A program made the translations under genes and the position numbers. The notes beneath the pieces were generated by a model, which had not been told where the DNA came from, searched no databases, and saw only the letters and a program-made list of their open reading frames with translations. Of a stretch of DNA of 64,000 bases, positions 55,266 to 64,000 are shown piece after piece. Source of the DNA: an uncultured virus (IMG/VR IMGVR_UViG_3300044987_000436) (taxonomy: Duplodnaviria > Heunggongvirae > Uroviricota > Caudoviricetes); the IMG/VR virus record IMGVR_UViG_3300044987_000436; one strand, written 5' to 3'. Every line of letters begins with the position of its first letter. The stretch's first letter is position 1.

Positions 55266-55276
55266 AAGGCGGCTAG

Positions 55277-56002
55277 GTGTTTGGTGATGCAGCTTTTGCT
55301 CAAGCTCCTTTCGCCGCACTTGGCGCGAGTGGTATTGCCTATGACGTAGAGGTAGCCGAGACGGGGACCGTGATATCGGATTCTGCTTTGGCAGCAACGT
55401 TTTTTGTAGCTACGAATACCGAAAGTAGCTCTGGTGTAGCCGCAGTTAACACGATCAACAACATCTTCAATAGCCTACTTTCTGGGGCGGCATCTACGGC
55501 GTCCACTCAGGCGGTACAGGTAGATTTTGCAGGGTTAATAGCAGAGGCGGCTTCCACCCAAGCAGCCCAGACGGTTATTGCAACGATGTTGGCAAACGCA
55601 TCTGAGAGCGTTACAGCACTTGCTACACCTACAGCTAACTCGGTAGTTTTTGCAAGTATTTTGGAAGCAGTTTCAGGGGCAGACGCAAATATTGGAACGA
55701 GAACCTTCCTTGTCGGTATAACCGAAGCGGCTTCCGGGGGGAGTGTTGTATCAACCAGCGCGGTCTTTGTCGGAACAGTAGCGGAAATGGCTTCCGCAGT
55801 CTCTGCGCTGACGGTTTTGCGAGAAGCTAACGTATACCCTAACGGAGTTCAGCTTTACGTTTACATCGGCGGCGTGCTTGTTTGGGCAACAATCAACGAC
55901 AGTCAGACGCCAAACTGGCAAAATATAGGCAGTACGCAGACCCCCGGCTGGAGCGTTGTAGTGGACACGCAGGCTCCCGGCTGGACCATCCTGCCATCGT
56001 AA
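55277..56002 (+). CDS. Ala-rich tail-associated protein
   Basis: MFG..AFAQAPFA N-terminus; C-terminal QTPxW repeats. Confidence 0.65.
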   Translation: MFGDAAFAQAPFAALGASGIAYDVEVAETGTVISDSALAATFFVATNTESSSGVAAVNTINNIFNSLLSGAASTASTQAVQVDFAGLIAEAASTQAAQTVIATMLANASESVTALATPTANSVVFASILEAVSGADANIGTRTFLVGITEAASGGSVVSTSAVFVGTVAEMASAVSALTVLREANVYPNGVQLYVYIGGVLVWATINDSQTPNWQNIGSTQTPGWSVVVDTQAPGWTILPS

Positions 56003-56011
56003 GGAACAAAA

Positions 56012-59000
56012 ATGGCTTTAGTTGTAAAAGATCGCGTACAAGAAACCACGACTGTAGTCGGCACGGGGACAATGACTCTTGACGGTGCAGTCCTTGGCTT
56101 CCAAACATTCGCCATCATAGGTAACAGCAACACAACATACTACGCAGTTGCAGACGCCATCACAGGGGACTGGGAAGTTGGCATTGGTACGTACACTTTG
56201 TCTGGGACTACGCTGTCTCGTACAACGGTATTGGAGTCCAGCAACGCTGGGGCGCTGGTTAACTTTGCCGCAGGCAGCAAGAACGTATTCTGTACGTACC
56301 CAGCAGAGCGTTCGGTGTACTTGGACTCAGCAGGTTCTTACCCTGTACAGAGCACATTCAACGCTATTACAGCCGCATCCATTGCACTGACTACTGGAAC
56401 CATTACCACAGCACCAGCCGTTAGCGATGACATAGCAAATAAATTCTATGTGGACTCTATTGCGGCGCTGGGTATTGTCTACCATGAGCCTGTTTTTGTA
56501 GAGTCTCCAGTTGCTGCGGGTAATCTGAATGCCACGTACAACCAGCCGGGCGGCGCAGGAGACGGAGTTGGGGCCACGCTGACCAACGCAGGAACGCAAG
56601 TTGCGTTGACTATTGACGGGGTGTTGATGACTACGGGTAAGCGGGTGCTGATTCACAACCAGACCAGCGCATTCCAGAACGGCGTTTACACGGTTACGAC
56701 TGTCGGCACTGTCTCAACTAACTGGGTTTTGACTCGGGCAACGGACGCAGACACTTACGCGGTTAATAGCCCTGACTCATTGGGTCAGGGGGATGCGTTC
56801 TATGTCCAAGCAGGCGATACGGGCGCTAGTAACCTGTATGCTGTAAACACTGTTGGGACTATCACGTTTGGCACGACTGCCATTACGTTCGCGCTTATTA
56901 GCGCGGCTTTCCCATACCTTGCGGGTACGGGTCTGAACCTGAGTCCAGCCACTACGTTCAACATCTCCAATGTTGGCACAGCAGGCACGTATGGCTCCTC
57001 GTCCAACGTCCCTGTATTCGTCACCAACGCGCAGGGTCAGGTAACGAGCGTCACGAACACGGGCATCGCCATCACATCTGCGGCAGTCTCTGGGCTTGCA
57101 GCATCAGCTACAACAGACACAACCAACGCAGCCAACATAACCACTGGCACACTTCCAGCAGGTCGTATTGCAGGCACGTATAGCAACCTCACAGGTACGG
57201 GCGCACTGGCAGCGGGTTCGTTGGCAACAGGGTTCACGGCAGTCTCCGCCCCACTGGGCGGCACAGGCTTAAGTTCCTACACCATCGGCGACCTGATTTA
57301 CGCAGACACATCAACCTCCTTTGCCAAACTGGCTGACGTAGCTGTAGGTAATGCCTTGATTTCTGGCGGTGTCGGCTCGGCCCCAAGCTGGGGCAAGATT
57401 GGCGCAGCTACTCACATTGACGGTACGCTGCCCGTACTCAATGGCGGCACAAGTCTGACGAGTCTGACGGCTAATAATGTCATCTTGGGCAACGGCACAG
57501 GCGCACCGCTGTTTGTATCTCCGGCTACATCGGGTAATGTGCTTACTGCTAACGGCACAACTTGGATATCGGCACCAGCAGGTGGTGGTGGGGGCCTGAC
57601 GTACGTCTACAAAACAGCCAACTACACCGCCGCAAGCAACGAAGGCGTGCTCTGTGACACCTTGGCTGGCGCTTTTACGGTAACGCTGCCCGCTACACCC
57701 GCTGTAGGTGTTCAAGTAATAGTTGCGGATGCTGGTGGTGCTTGGGGTACGAATAACCTCACTGTGGACCGCAATGGCTCGCTTATCGCTGGCCTAGCCG
57801 AAAATCTGGTCTGTGACATTGCAAGCGTAAGTGTCCAGCTTGTTTACGATGGCACGAGTTGGGAAGTCTACGCGCAGATTGGCGTTAACGGTGGCACACT
57901 GGTAACGCTCAATGATATTCAGACACTGACGAATAAAGACCTGACTTCGGCGACCAACACTTTCCCGACGAGCTTGGCTACTCTTGTCGGCGCACAGACA
58001 TTAACAAACAAGACTATTGCCTTTGCAAATAACACCTTGACTGGTGTGCAAGCCGAACTGGTCTCCGGCAGTAACATTAAGACGATAAACGGCACGACCC
58101 TGCTCGGCGCAGGCGATTTAGTTGTGGCGTCAGGTATCCTCACCATCAACAATAAAGTTGCCGCCTATACCGTAGTTGCTGGCGATCTGGGTAAGGTTAT
58201 CAACTGCACCAGCGGCACGTTCACGGTATCGCTGACGGCTGCGGCCACGCTTGGGGCTGGGTTTAATGTTACGATTTGGAATACTAGTGCAACCTCAACT
58301 GATGTAATTACTATTGACGCATTTGCGTCGGAAACAATTGACGGTTTGCAAGCGGTAATTCTTCGCCGTGGCGAAGGTATGGAGATTGTTTCTGACGGCT
58401 CAAACTGGCAGACGGGTAACAAAAAGGTAATGCGGGCATACGCGGAAAATATGCTTAGTACTGCCTTTAGACCAACAGCTTCTGGAAACGGGGCACTAGC
58501 TATAAGCTCAGGCGGACTTACATCCATCGCCTCTAATTCTGGCGCTATAAATATTGGCGGAGGTACTTCGTCTGGAACAAATTCACTTGGCATTTTAGGA
58601 AGCCCCTCCGGTACCAATAGCACGGCTATTGGACTTAACAACGGTTCTCAGTATGCCGTCGCTACCGGCTCCGGCGCAGTGTCTCTTGGCGGCTCTTACG
58701 CATCTGGTACGGATACGTTTGCTGCTGTTATTGGAACCAGCTCAAGCTCTTACGGAACTTCGAACTCACTCGCTATTGCAATGGGCTATATTGCAAAGGC
58801 TGCATATGCTAGCGTTGCCATTGGGGCAAGAGCAGTAGCCTCCGTATCTAACTCGATATCTATTTGTAGTAGTTATTCAAGTTTTGGAAATGTGTCTTCT
58901 GGATTTAATTCAATTACTTTAGGGGATGGCAACGCTGCAGCCGGTACAAGCTCTGTTGCATGGGGGTTCGGGGCAAATGCCAGATATATTAATGGAAAAC

Positions 59001-59446
59001 AGGTATGGGCTGGCGGAAGTTTTAATTCTACCAATGCTGAAGGAAGTTCGCAGACGGGGCAAATAGTTTTGCGCGGGGCTACAACAACCGCGATTGCGGC
59101 GGTTATGTCTTCTGATACTTCAGCAGCTTCTACCATCAACCAAGTTATTCTCCCCAACGACAGCACCTTTATTTTTAGGGGCCAACTTGTTGCTCGCAAT
59201 ACGGGCAGTGATACAGATAGCATGGTTTGGGAGTTTAAAGGTGGTATTCGTAGAGGAACTTCCGCTGGCACAACAACTTTAATTGGAACGCCAAGTATCG
59301 ACCTTATTGCATCTGATGGGTCGGCATGGACGGTTGCACTAACCGCAGACACTACTAACGGCGGACTGGCAGTTACGGTTACTGGCGAAGCTGCAAAAAC
59401 CATTCGCTGGGTTGCAACCGTCCGGACAACAGAAGTTACTGGATAA
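56012..59446 (+). CDS. Long tail fibre / receptor-binding protein
   Basis: MALVVKDRVQETT...WEVGIGTY anchor, GGTG and QTLTNK repeats, YadA-like SxAIG repeats near the C-terminus. Confidence 0.85.
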   Translation: MALVVKDRVQETTTVVGTGTMTLDGAVLGFQTFAIIGNSNTTYYAVADAITGDWEVGIGTYTLSGTTLSRTTVLESSNAGALVNFAAGSKNVFCTYPAERSVYLDSAGSYPVQSTFNAITAASIALTTGTITTAPAVSDDIANKFYVDSIAALGIVYHEPVFVESPVAAGNLNATYNQPGGAGDGVGATLTNAGTQVALTIDGVLMTTGKRVLIHNQTSAFQNGVYTVTTVGTVSTNWVLTRATDADTYAVNSPDSLGQGDAFYVQAGDTGASNLYAVNTVGTITFGTTAITFALISAAFPYLAGTGLNLSPATTFNISNVGTAGTYGSSSNVPVFVTNAQGQVTSVTNTGIAITSAAVSGLAASATTDTTNAANITTGTLPAGRIAGTYSNLTGTGALAAGSLATGFTAVSAPLGGTGLSSYTIGDLIYADTSTSFAKLADVAVGNALISGGVGSAPSWGKIGAATHIDGTLPVLNGGTSLTSLTANNVILGNGTGAPLFVSPATSGNVLTANGTTWISAPAGGGGGLTYVYKTANYTAASNEGVLCDTLAGAFTVTLPATPAVGVQVIVADAGGAWGTNNLTVDRNGSLIAGLAENLVCDIASVSVQLVYDGTSWEVYAQIGVNGGTLVTLNDIQTLTNKDLTSATNTFPTSLATLVGAQTLTNKTIAFANNTLTGVQAELVSGSNIKTINGTTLLGAGDLVVASGILTINNKVAAYTVVAGDLGKVINCTSGTFTVSLTAAATLGAGFNVTIWNTSATSTDVITIDAFASETIDGLQAVILRRGEGMEIVSDGSNWQTGNKKVMRAYAENMLSTAFRPTASGNGALAISSGGLTSIASNSGAINIGGGTSSGTNSLGILGSPSGTNSTAIGLNNGSQYAVATGSGAVSLGGSYASGTDTFAAVIGTSSSSYGTSNSLAIAMGYIAKAAYASVAIGARAVASVSNSISICSSYSSFGNVSSGFNSITLGDGNAAAGTSSVAWGFGANARYINGKQVWAGGSFNSTNAEGSSQTGQIVLRGATTTAIAAVMSSDTSAASTINQVILPNDSTFIFRGQLVARNTGSDTDSMVWEFKGGIRRGTSAGTTTLIGTPSIDLIASDGSAWTVALTADTTNGGLAVTVTGEAAKTIRWVATVRTTEVTG

Positions 59447-59460
59447 TTAAAGGAAAAATC

Positions 59461-59760
59461 ATGGCAATTCAAATCGACCTCCAGCAATCAAACTTTGGCG
59501 TCCCATTTGCGGGCGCGTACTTCCGCATTGTCACCGCATCAATTAGCCGCCAACGTCAGGAAACCCCCCGCCACAGCGTGATGATTGACATAGTGGGGTA
59601 TGCCACCCAGCCAACCAACGAGGACACCAAGGACGTAGATTTTCGCCGCTACCACGTTGCCGCCTCTGAGGTGTACGCGCAAGCAGGTGATAACTTCTTG
59701 GCCCAGTGTTACGCATGGGTGATGGCACAGCCTGATATGGCTGGCGCAACAGGAGTGTGA
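59461..59760 (+). CDS. Putative tail fibre chaperone/accessory protein
   Basis: Directly follows the fibre gene; FLAQCYAWV. Confidence 0.55.
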   Translation: MAIQIDLQQSNFGVPFAGAYFRIVTASISRQRQETPRHSVMIDIVGYATQPTNEDTKDVDFRRYHVAASEVYAQAGDNFLAQCYAWVMAQPDMAGATGV

Positions 59761-59761
59761 A

Positions 59762-60805
59762 ATGGCAGTACTTTCAAACATCATCACGCCGTCAAACGTC
59801 TTGACGGCTACCAACACCGCTACGCTGACAAACAAGACCATCAGCGGTGCAAGCAATACGCTGTCCAACATATCTGTAGCCAGTGGCGGCACCGGGGTTG
59901 CATCGCTGACAGCTAACAACGTCATCTTGGGCAACGGTACGGCTGCGGTTCAATTCGTGGCCCCCGGAACAGCGGGCAATGTTTTAACCTCTGACGGCAC
60001 GACATGGAGCAGTTCTTCCGGCGCTGGAAGCCCGACAGGACAGGCTTTTTATGGTTTTGGTGCTGGCGCATATTCATGGACGGTCCCTGCGGGTGTAACT
60101 AGTGTTTGCGTGGTTTGTATTGGCGCTGGTGGAGGTAGTCAGGGCTCAACATGGTCGAGCGGTGGCGGTGGAGGCGGTGGACTGGCATACAAAAACAATA
60201 TCGTAGTTGTTCCCGGACAAGTCTGGACGGTAAACGTCGGACTCGGTGGCGATGTTGGCCGTGGCATTCAAAACGGTGGAAGCAGTTCTTTTGTAAGCCC
60301 CACCTTCGTGCAAGAGTGCGTAGCAAACGGCGGCGGATCCACTAGTGGTGGTAGCGGTGGCACTGCCCTTGGCTATGATGGCGGTGGAAACGGTGGAGGC
60401 GGAAACGCCAACTATGGCGGCGGCGGAGCAGGCGGCTACTCCGGAAACGGCGGCAGTGGTAATGCCTCCGGTTCGGGGGGAGGCGCAGCGGGCGGTATTA
60501 CTTACAGCTCCACTTACGGATCAGCCGGTGGCGGGGGTGTGGCACCTTTTGGGCAAGGTACTTCAGGGAGTCTTAACTATGGGGGTGCCGGAGGTTCTGG
60601 CGGAGAAACAGCTTCAGCGGGACAAAACCCGTATACCTCCTTTGGTAATGTTACTCGCCCCGGCGGTCGTTATGGTGGCGGTGGCGGTGGCAGTGGTACT
60701 AGCGACCCCGTAGGCCGGGGTACTCACCGAGGCGCTGATGGCTGTGTTCGTATTATTTGGGGCACTGGACGGTCCTTCCCCTCAACTGGTACAGGAGATA
60801 TGTAA
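59762..60805 (+). CDS. Gly-rich tail fibre tip/adhesin
   Basis: WTVPAGVTSVCVVCIGAGGG, polyglycine motifs, G.VRIIWG..RSFP. Confidence 0.75.
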   Translation: MAVLSNIITPSNVLTATNTATLTNKTISGASNTLSNISVASGGTGVASLTANNVILGNGTAAVQFVAPGTAGNVLTSDGTTWSSSSGAGSPTGQAFYGFGAGAYSWTVPAGVTSVCVVCIGAGGGSQGSTWSSGGGGGGGLAYKNNIVVVPGQVWTVNVGLGGDVGRGIQNGGSSSFVSPTFVQECVANGGGSTSGGSGGTALGYDGGGNGGGGNANYGGGGAGGYSGNGGSGNASGSGGGAAGGITYSSTYGSAGGGGVAPFGQGTSGSLNYGGAGGSGGETASAGQNPYTSFGNVTRPGGRYGGGGGGSGTSDPVGRGTHRGADGCVRIIWGTGRSFPSTGTGDM

Positions 60806-61171
60806 ATGCACCACGTATTATTCAACTATGTCGTGGACGGGGTAGTGATTGAAGGACCCATATCCTATGCAACCGTTTGTGAACGCACGGGGCTAACAGA
60901 CACGCCGGGCTTTGCAGAGCTTGGTTACCATGAGCACATGCCTGTTCCAGAATTCATACCTCCTACCAGCGAACAAATAGCTATGGCTGTGCGGAATATT
61001 CGCAATCACCTTCTACAACAGTCCGATTGGACACAGTTTGTCGATTCCCCCCTTGCCAGTGAAGAAAAAGCACTGTGGGCCGCATACCGTCAGCAACTTC
61101 GTGATATGCCTGCAACCAGCGCTCAAGTGGCGACTCTTGAAGAGATTACTTGGCCTGTTGCACCTGCTTGA
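60806..61171 (+). CDS. Tail fibre assembly chaperone
   Basis: RNHLLQQSDWTQ..D...WAAYRQQLRDMP...WP. Confidence 0.85.
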   Translation: MHHVLFNYVVDGVVIEGPISYATVCERTGLTDTPGFAELGYHEHMPVPEFIPPTSEQIAMAVRNIRNHLLQQSDWTQFVDSPLASEEKALWAAYRQQLRDMPATSAQVATLEEITWPVAPA

Positions 61172-61208
61172 GTAAATCTGCCAAAATACCCTGAACTGAA
61201 GGACTTAC

Positions 61209-62276
61209 ATGTCAAGCACCTACTCCCCCGATTTACGCATTGAACTCATTGGCCCCGGCGATCAAGCGGGCACATGGGGAACCACGACCAACACCAACCT
61301 CGGCACTCTGATTGAAGATGCTATCGCGGGTTACGCTACGGTGTCGGTTACTTCGGCGGACCAAGCATTCACTGCACTGGACGGGGCCGCTGACCAAGCA
61401 CGAAACGCAGTCATCGCCCTGACCACCACTACCACGGCAAACTTTGCCGTGTACACGCCACCCGCGTCTAAACAGTACATCATCTACAACACCACCGCCT
61501 ACACGGCCACGATCTACAACTCCACAGTGATTGGCAATACAACGGCTGCGGGCTTGGGAGTTGCAGTACCGGCGGGGTCAAAGCTGGCAGTGTTCAGTAA
61601 CGGGACTAATTTCCGTTCTGTCGATGCTCCCGGTTTTGTTGGCGTGCTTCCAGTGGCCAACGGAGGTACAGGACTTAGCACCACTCCGAGCAACGGTACG
61701 TTGCTAATTGGCAACGGGTCAGGCTTCTCCGCCGCTACCCTGACGGCAGGGGCCAACGTGACAATTACCAATGGCGCTGGTTCTATTACCATTGCGACCA
61801 CTTCCGCCAGCGCTCCCATTCCTTCGGGCACGGTGATGTTGTTTGTCCAGTCTTCGGCTCCTACGGGGTGGACTAAAAGTGTTTCCCACGACAACAAAGC
61901 CCTGCGGGTGGTGAACGGCAGTGTCTCTTCCGGGGGCTCGGTTTCGTTTTCAACGGCTTTTTCAAACCAGTCGGTTAGCGGCTCTGTTGGCTCAACAACA
62001 CTCAGTACTTCGCAGATGCCATTCCACAACCACAGTGCAAGTGTCAGTGATCCTAGTCACGTACATCAAAACGGGTTTGATGCGTTTGGAGTAAATGGGT
62101 ATGCGGGGGCATTTGGCGGAAACGGCATAATTACTAATACCGCAGCCGCTGTTACAGGTATTTCTGTAACCGTTGGTTACGAAGGCAGCAGCGGCTCGCA
62201 CAACCACTCGTTTTCTGGAACCTCAATTAACTTGGCGGTGCAGTATGTTGACGTGATTATCGCTACGGCTAACTAA
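61209..62276 (+). CDS. Tail fibre protein with collar-like domain
   Basis: STYS.DLRIELI..GDQAGTWG..TN.N; IPSGTVMLF...APTGW; HNH repeats. Confidence 0.8.
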   Translation: MSSTYSPDLRIELIGPGDQAGTWGTTTNTNLGTLIEDAIAGYATVSVTSADQAFTALDGAADQARNAVIALTTTTTANFAVYTPPASKQYIIYNTTAYTATIYNSTVIGNTTAAGLGVAVPAGSKLAVFSNGTNFRSVDAPGFVGVLPVANGGTGLSTTPSNGTLLIGNGSGFSAATLTAGANVTITNGAGSITIATTSASAPIPSGTVMLFVQSSAPTGWTKSVSHDNKALRVVNGSVSSGGSVSFSTAFSNQSVSGSVGSTTLSTSQMPFHNHSASVSDPSHVHQNGFDAFGVNGYAGAFGGNGIITNTAAAVTGISVTVGYEGSSGSHNHSFSGTSINLAVQYVDVIIATAN

Positions 62277-62287
62277 AAGGATCGAAT

Positions 62288-62542
62288 ATGCGTGTAACTA
62301 TTATTTACCCAGACCGGGCCGTCACCAAAGACGGGCTGACATACAGTAATTTAGCCTTTACGCTTCCCAACAACATCCACGCCGTGCAGTGGTTTGAAAC
62401 GGAAGGCGAAGTGGAAATCTGCGATGCGCAAGGCCGGATGGTGGAAAACAAAACGATAACAGACATAAGCCCGTTTCAATCAGCGCTCGATGCTTGGCAG
62501 CTTCGTCACGATACCCCCGCTCCTGCGCCCACACCCGTATGA
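62288..62542 (+). CDS. Tail fibre accessory protein
   Basis: IHAVQW...GEVE. Confidence 0.6.
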   Translation: MRVTIIYPDRAVTKDGLTYSNLAFTLPNNIHAVQWFETEGEVEICDAQGRMVENKTITDISPFQSALDAWQLRHDTPAPAPTPV

Positions 62543-62850
62543 AACTAGAAAAGGGCAATTTTTGTCCCCTCATTAAAAAAGACTGCGTAGGACTTCAGTG
62601 CGCTTGGTTTGTTCAGGTCCGTGGGCACAATCCTAATACGGGGCAAGAAGTTGACGAATGGGCCTGCTCGATTGCGTGGATGCCCATCTTGATGATCGAG
62701 AACAGCCAGCAACAACGCCAAACCGGGGCTGCGGTTGAAACTTTCAGGAACGAGATGGTCAAAGCCAACGACACCAATCTGCGTGTGTTAGCCCATACTG
62801 CAAACATGATTACGTCGAACGCGCCGCCACCTACCAAGGCGCTTGAGTAG
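62539..62850 (+). CDS. Cys-rich hypothetical protein
   Basis: CPL.KKDC...CAWF...W.CSIAW.P...QTGAAVETFRNEMVK. Confidence 0.65.
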   Translation: MKLEKGNFCPLIKKDCVGLQCAWFVQVRGHNPNTGQEVDEWACSIAWMPILMIENSQQQRQTGAAVETFRNEMVKANDTNLRVLAHTANMITSNAPPPTKALE

Positions 62851-62861
62851 AACCCAGCTTT

Positions 62862-63350
62862 ATGATCGACCCCTTCACAGCCCTAGCGGCAATACAAACG
62901 GCTGTGAAGCTGGTGAAGACGGCTGCCCAAACCGTCAAAGATGTGGAGTCGCTCGGCCCTGTACTGGGTAAGTTTTTCAGCGCCAAATCAGACGCCATCA
63001 AGGTTGTCCAGCAGTCCAAGACCAGTGGATTCAAGGGCTCTGCGATGGGTAAAGCCATCGAGCTTGAGCTTGCCATCGAGTCAGCCAGAGCGTTTGAGGA
63101 AGAGATCAAGATGCTCTTCTTCCAGAGCAACAAGATGGACGTGTGGGCCAAGATTCTGGCCCGCGCTGCAAGTATCGACAAAGAAGCAGCACATGAGGCC
63201 AGACGCCAGCGCGAGGCGGCTGCAAGGCACAAGAAAGAGATGGATGAGGTTATCACCCTTGTCCTGATGTTTGTGGTTCTGGCGCTGGTCTGCGGCGGTG
63301 TCGGCTGGATCATCTACAAAGCTGTGCAAGAGTGCGGCGGTCGGTGCTGA
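62862..63350 (+). CDS. Membrane protein with coiled coil
   Basis: MIDPFTALA N-terminus; C-terminal TM helix. Confidence 0.65.
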   Translation: MIDPFTALAAIQTAVKLVKTAAQTVKDVESLGPVLGKFFSAKSDAIKVVQQSKTSGFKGSAMGKAIELELAIESARAFEEEIKMLFFQSNKMDVWAKILARAASIDKEAAHEARRQREAAARHKKEMDEVITLVLMFVVLALVCGGVGWIIYKAVQECGGRC

Positions 63351-64000
63351 TTGTGAGTAATGAAAATATGTTTTCTAACTTTGACCTGACTAAAGCCATT
63401 GGCGCAGTTGCTGCCAGTATTGCCGCGCTTGGCGGCGGTTACACCTTGGCCGACAAAATTGGGTGGTTTGACAGGGCCATTATTGAGTGGACACCAGAGC
63501 ATTTCAAGATTGTTGCAGAGGCTGGACAGCCCATCAACGTAACGGTTGCCCGTATTAAAAAGCGTGATGACTGCTCAGTGGAGGGCTTTACCCCAAGCAT
63601 CAGAGACGCAGCAGGTATGCTGCATGAAGCAACAACCACGGCGAGCAAGTTCAGCGGCCCAGCCGGGCCAGAGATTGACACGTTCACCTACCAGTTGACG
63701 ATGGTGCGAAAAGAAAAGATTGCACCCGGTAAAGCCACCTTGCTGGCGACCATCAAATACAAATGTCCAGAGGGCGAGCGTATCGTTCAGTACCCTCGCC
63801 ATGCAAATCTAAGTTTTGACTTGAAAGGCTAAATATGTTCCCCCTTACAGCACTATTTGAAATCGGCGGCAAGCTCATTGACAAGCTCATCCCAGACCCT
63901 GAAGCCAAGGCCAAGGCCCAGATGGAATTGGGGAAGATGGTTCAAGACGGTGAACTTGCCAAGATGGCGAACGACACCAAGCTCTACGAAGTCGAGCAGG

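Noticed and set aside
56012..62276. Diversity-generating retroelement acting on tail fibres
   Set aside because: No reverse transcriptase is present, and the shared segments differ mostly at synonymous positions rather than specifically at adenines
63358..64000. 643-bp repeat as a biological direct terminal repeat
   Set aside because: It runs to the very edge of the window and cuts the holin gene, which fits a 64-kb window wrapping a 63,357-bp circular contig; physical ends cannot be inferred from it
1..64000. Alternative genetic code or stop-codon reassignment
   Set aside because: Core genes are intact under the standard code, coding density is high, and all three stop codons terminate genes

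Overview
The window holds one complete, circularly assembled tailed dsDNA phage genome of 63,357 bp; bases 63358-64000 repeat bases 1-643 exactly. It has two divergent arms. The minus-strand early/middle arm (39226 down to 16344) carries many small ORFs, an M20/M28-type peptidase, a stand-alone sigma-70 region-4 mimic, a family A DNA polymerase, an SNF2-type helicase, a PD-(D/E)xK nuclease, an SSB-like protein and a primase-helicase. The plus-strand late arm (39724 through the junction to 16347) carries the terminase, a P22-like portal, GroES, scaffold, a Mu-gpT-like major capsid protein, small basic proteins, tail adaptors and fibres, lysis genes, putative ejection proteins and a 2617-aa polyvalent protein. 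This layout suggests a podovirus-like phage of a Gram-negative host. I saw no integrase, tRNA, CRISPR array or reverse transcriptase. The most notable unexplained structure is: (1) a recurring hydrophobic-x-x-Gly-Gly motif in the putative internal virion proteins; (2) a layered cis-element system in the early arm, made of five GGGGAG-N4/5-CTCCCC palindromes, hairpins with a conserved loop followed by boxA-like sequence, and three TGTCYA-N4-TRGACA operators whose half-sites resemble -35 boxes; (3) a spacing-conserved inverted repeat around an AT-rich core, a candidate origin; (4) identical gene-junction cassettes; (5) a multi-pseudoknot RNA downstream of the capsid gene. All functional calls come from motif recognition by eye; no searches were run.
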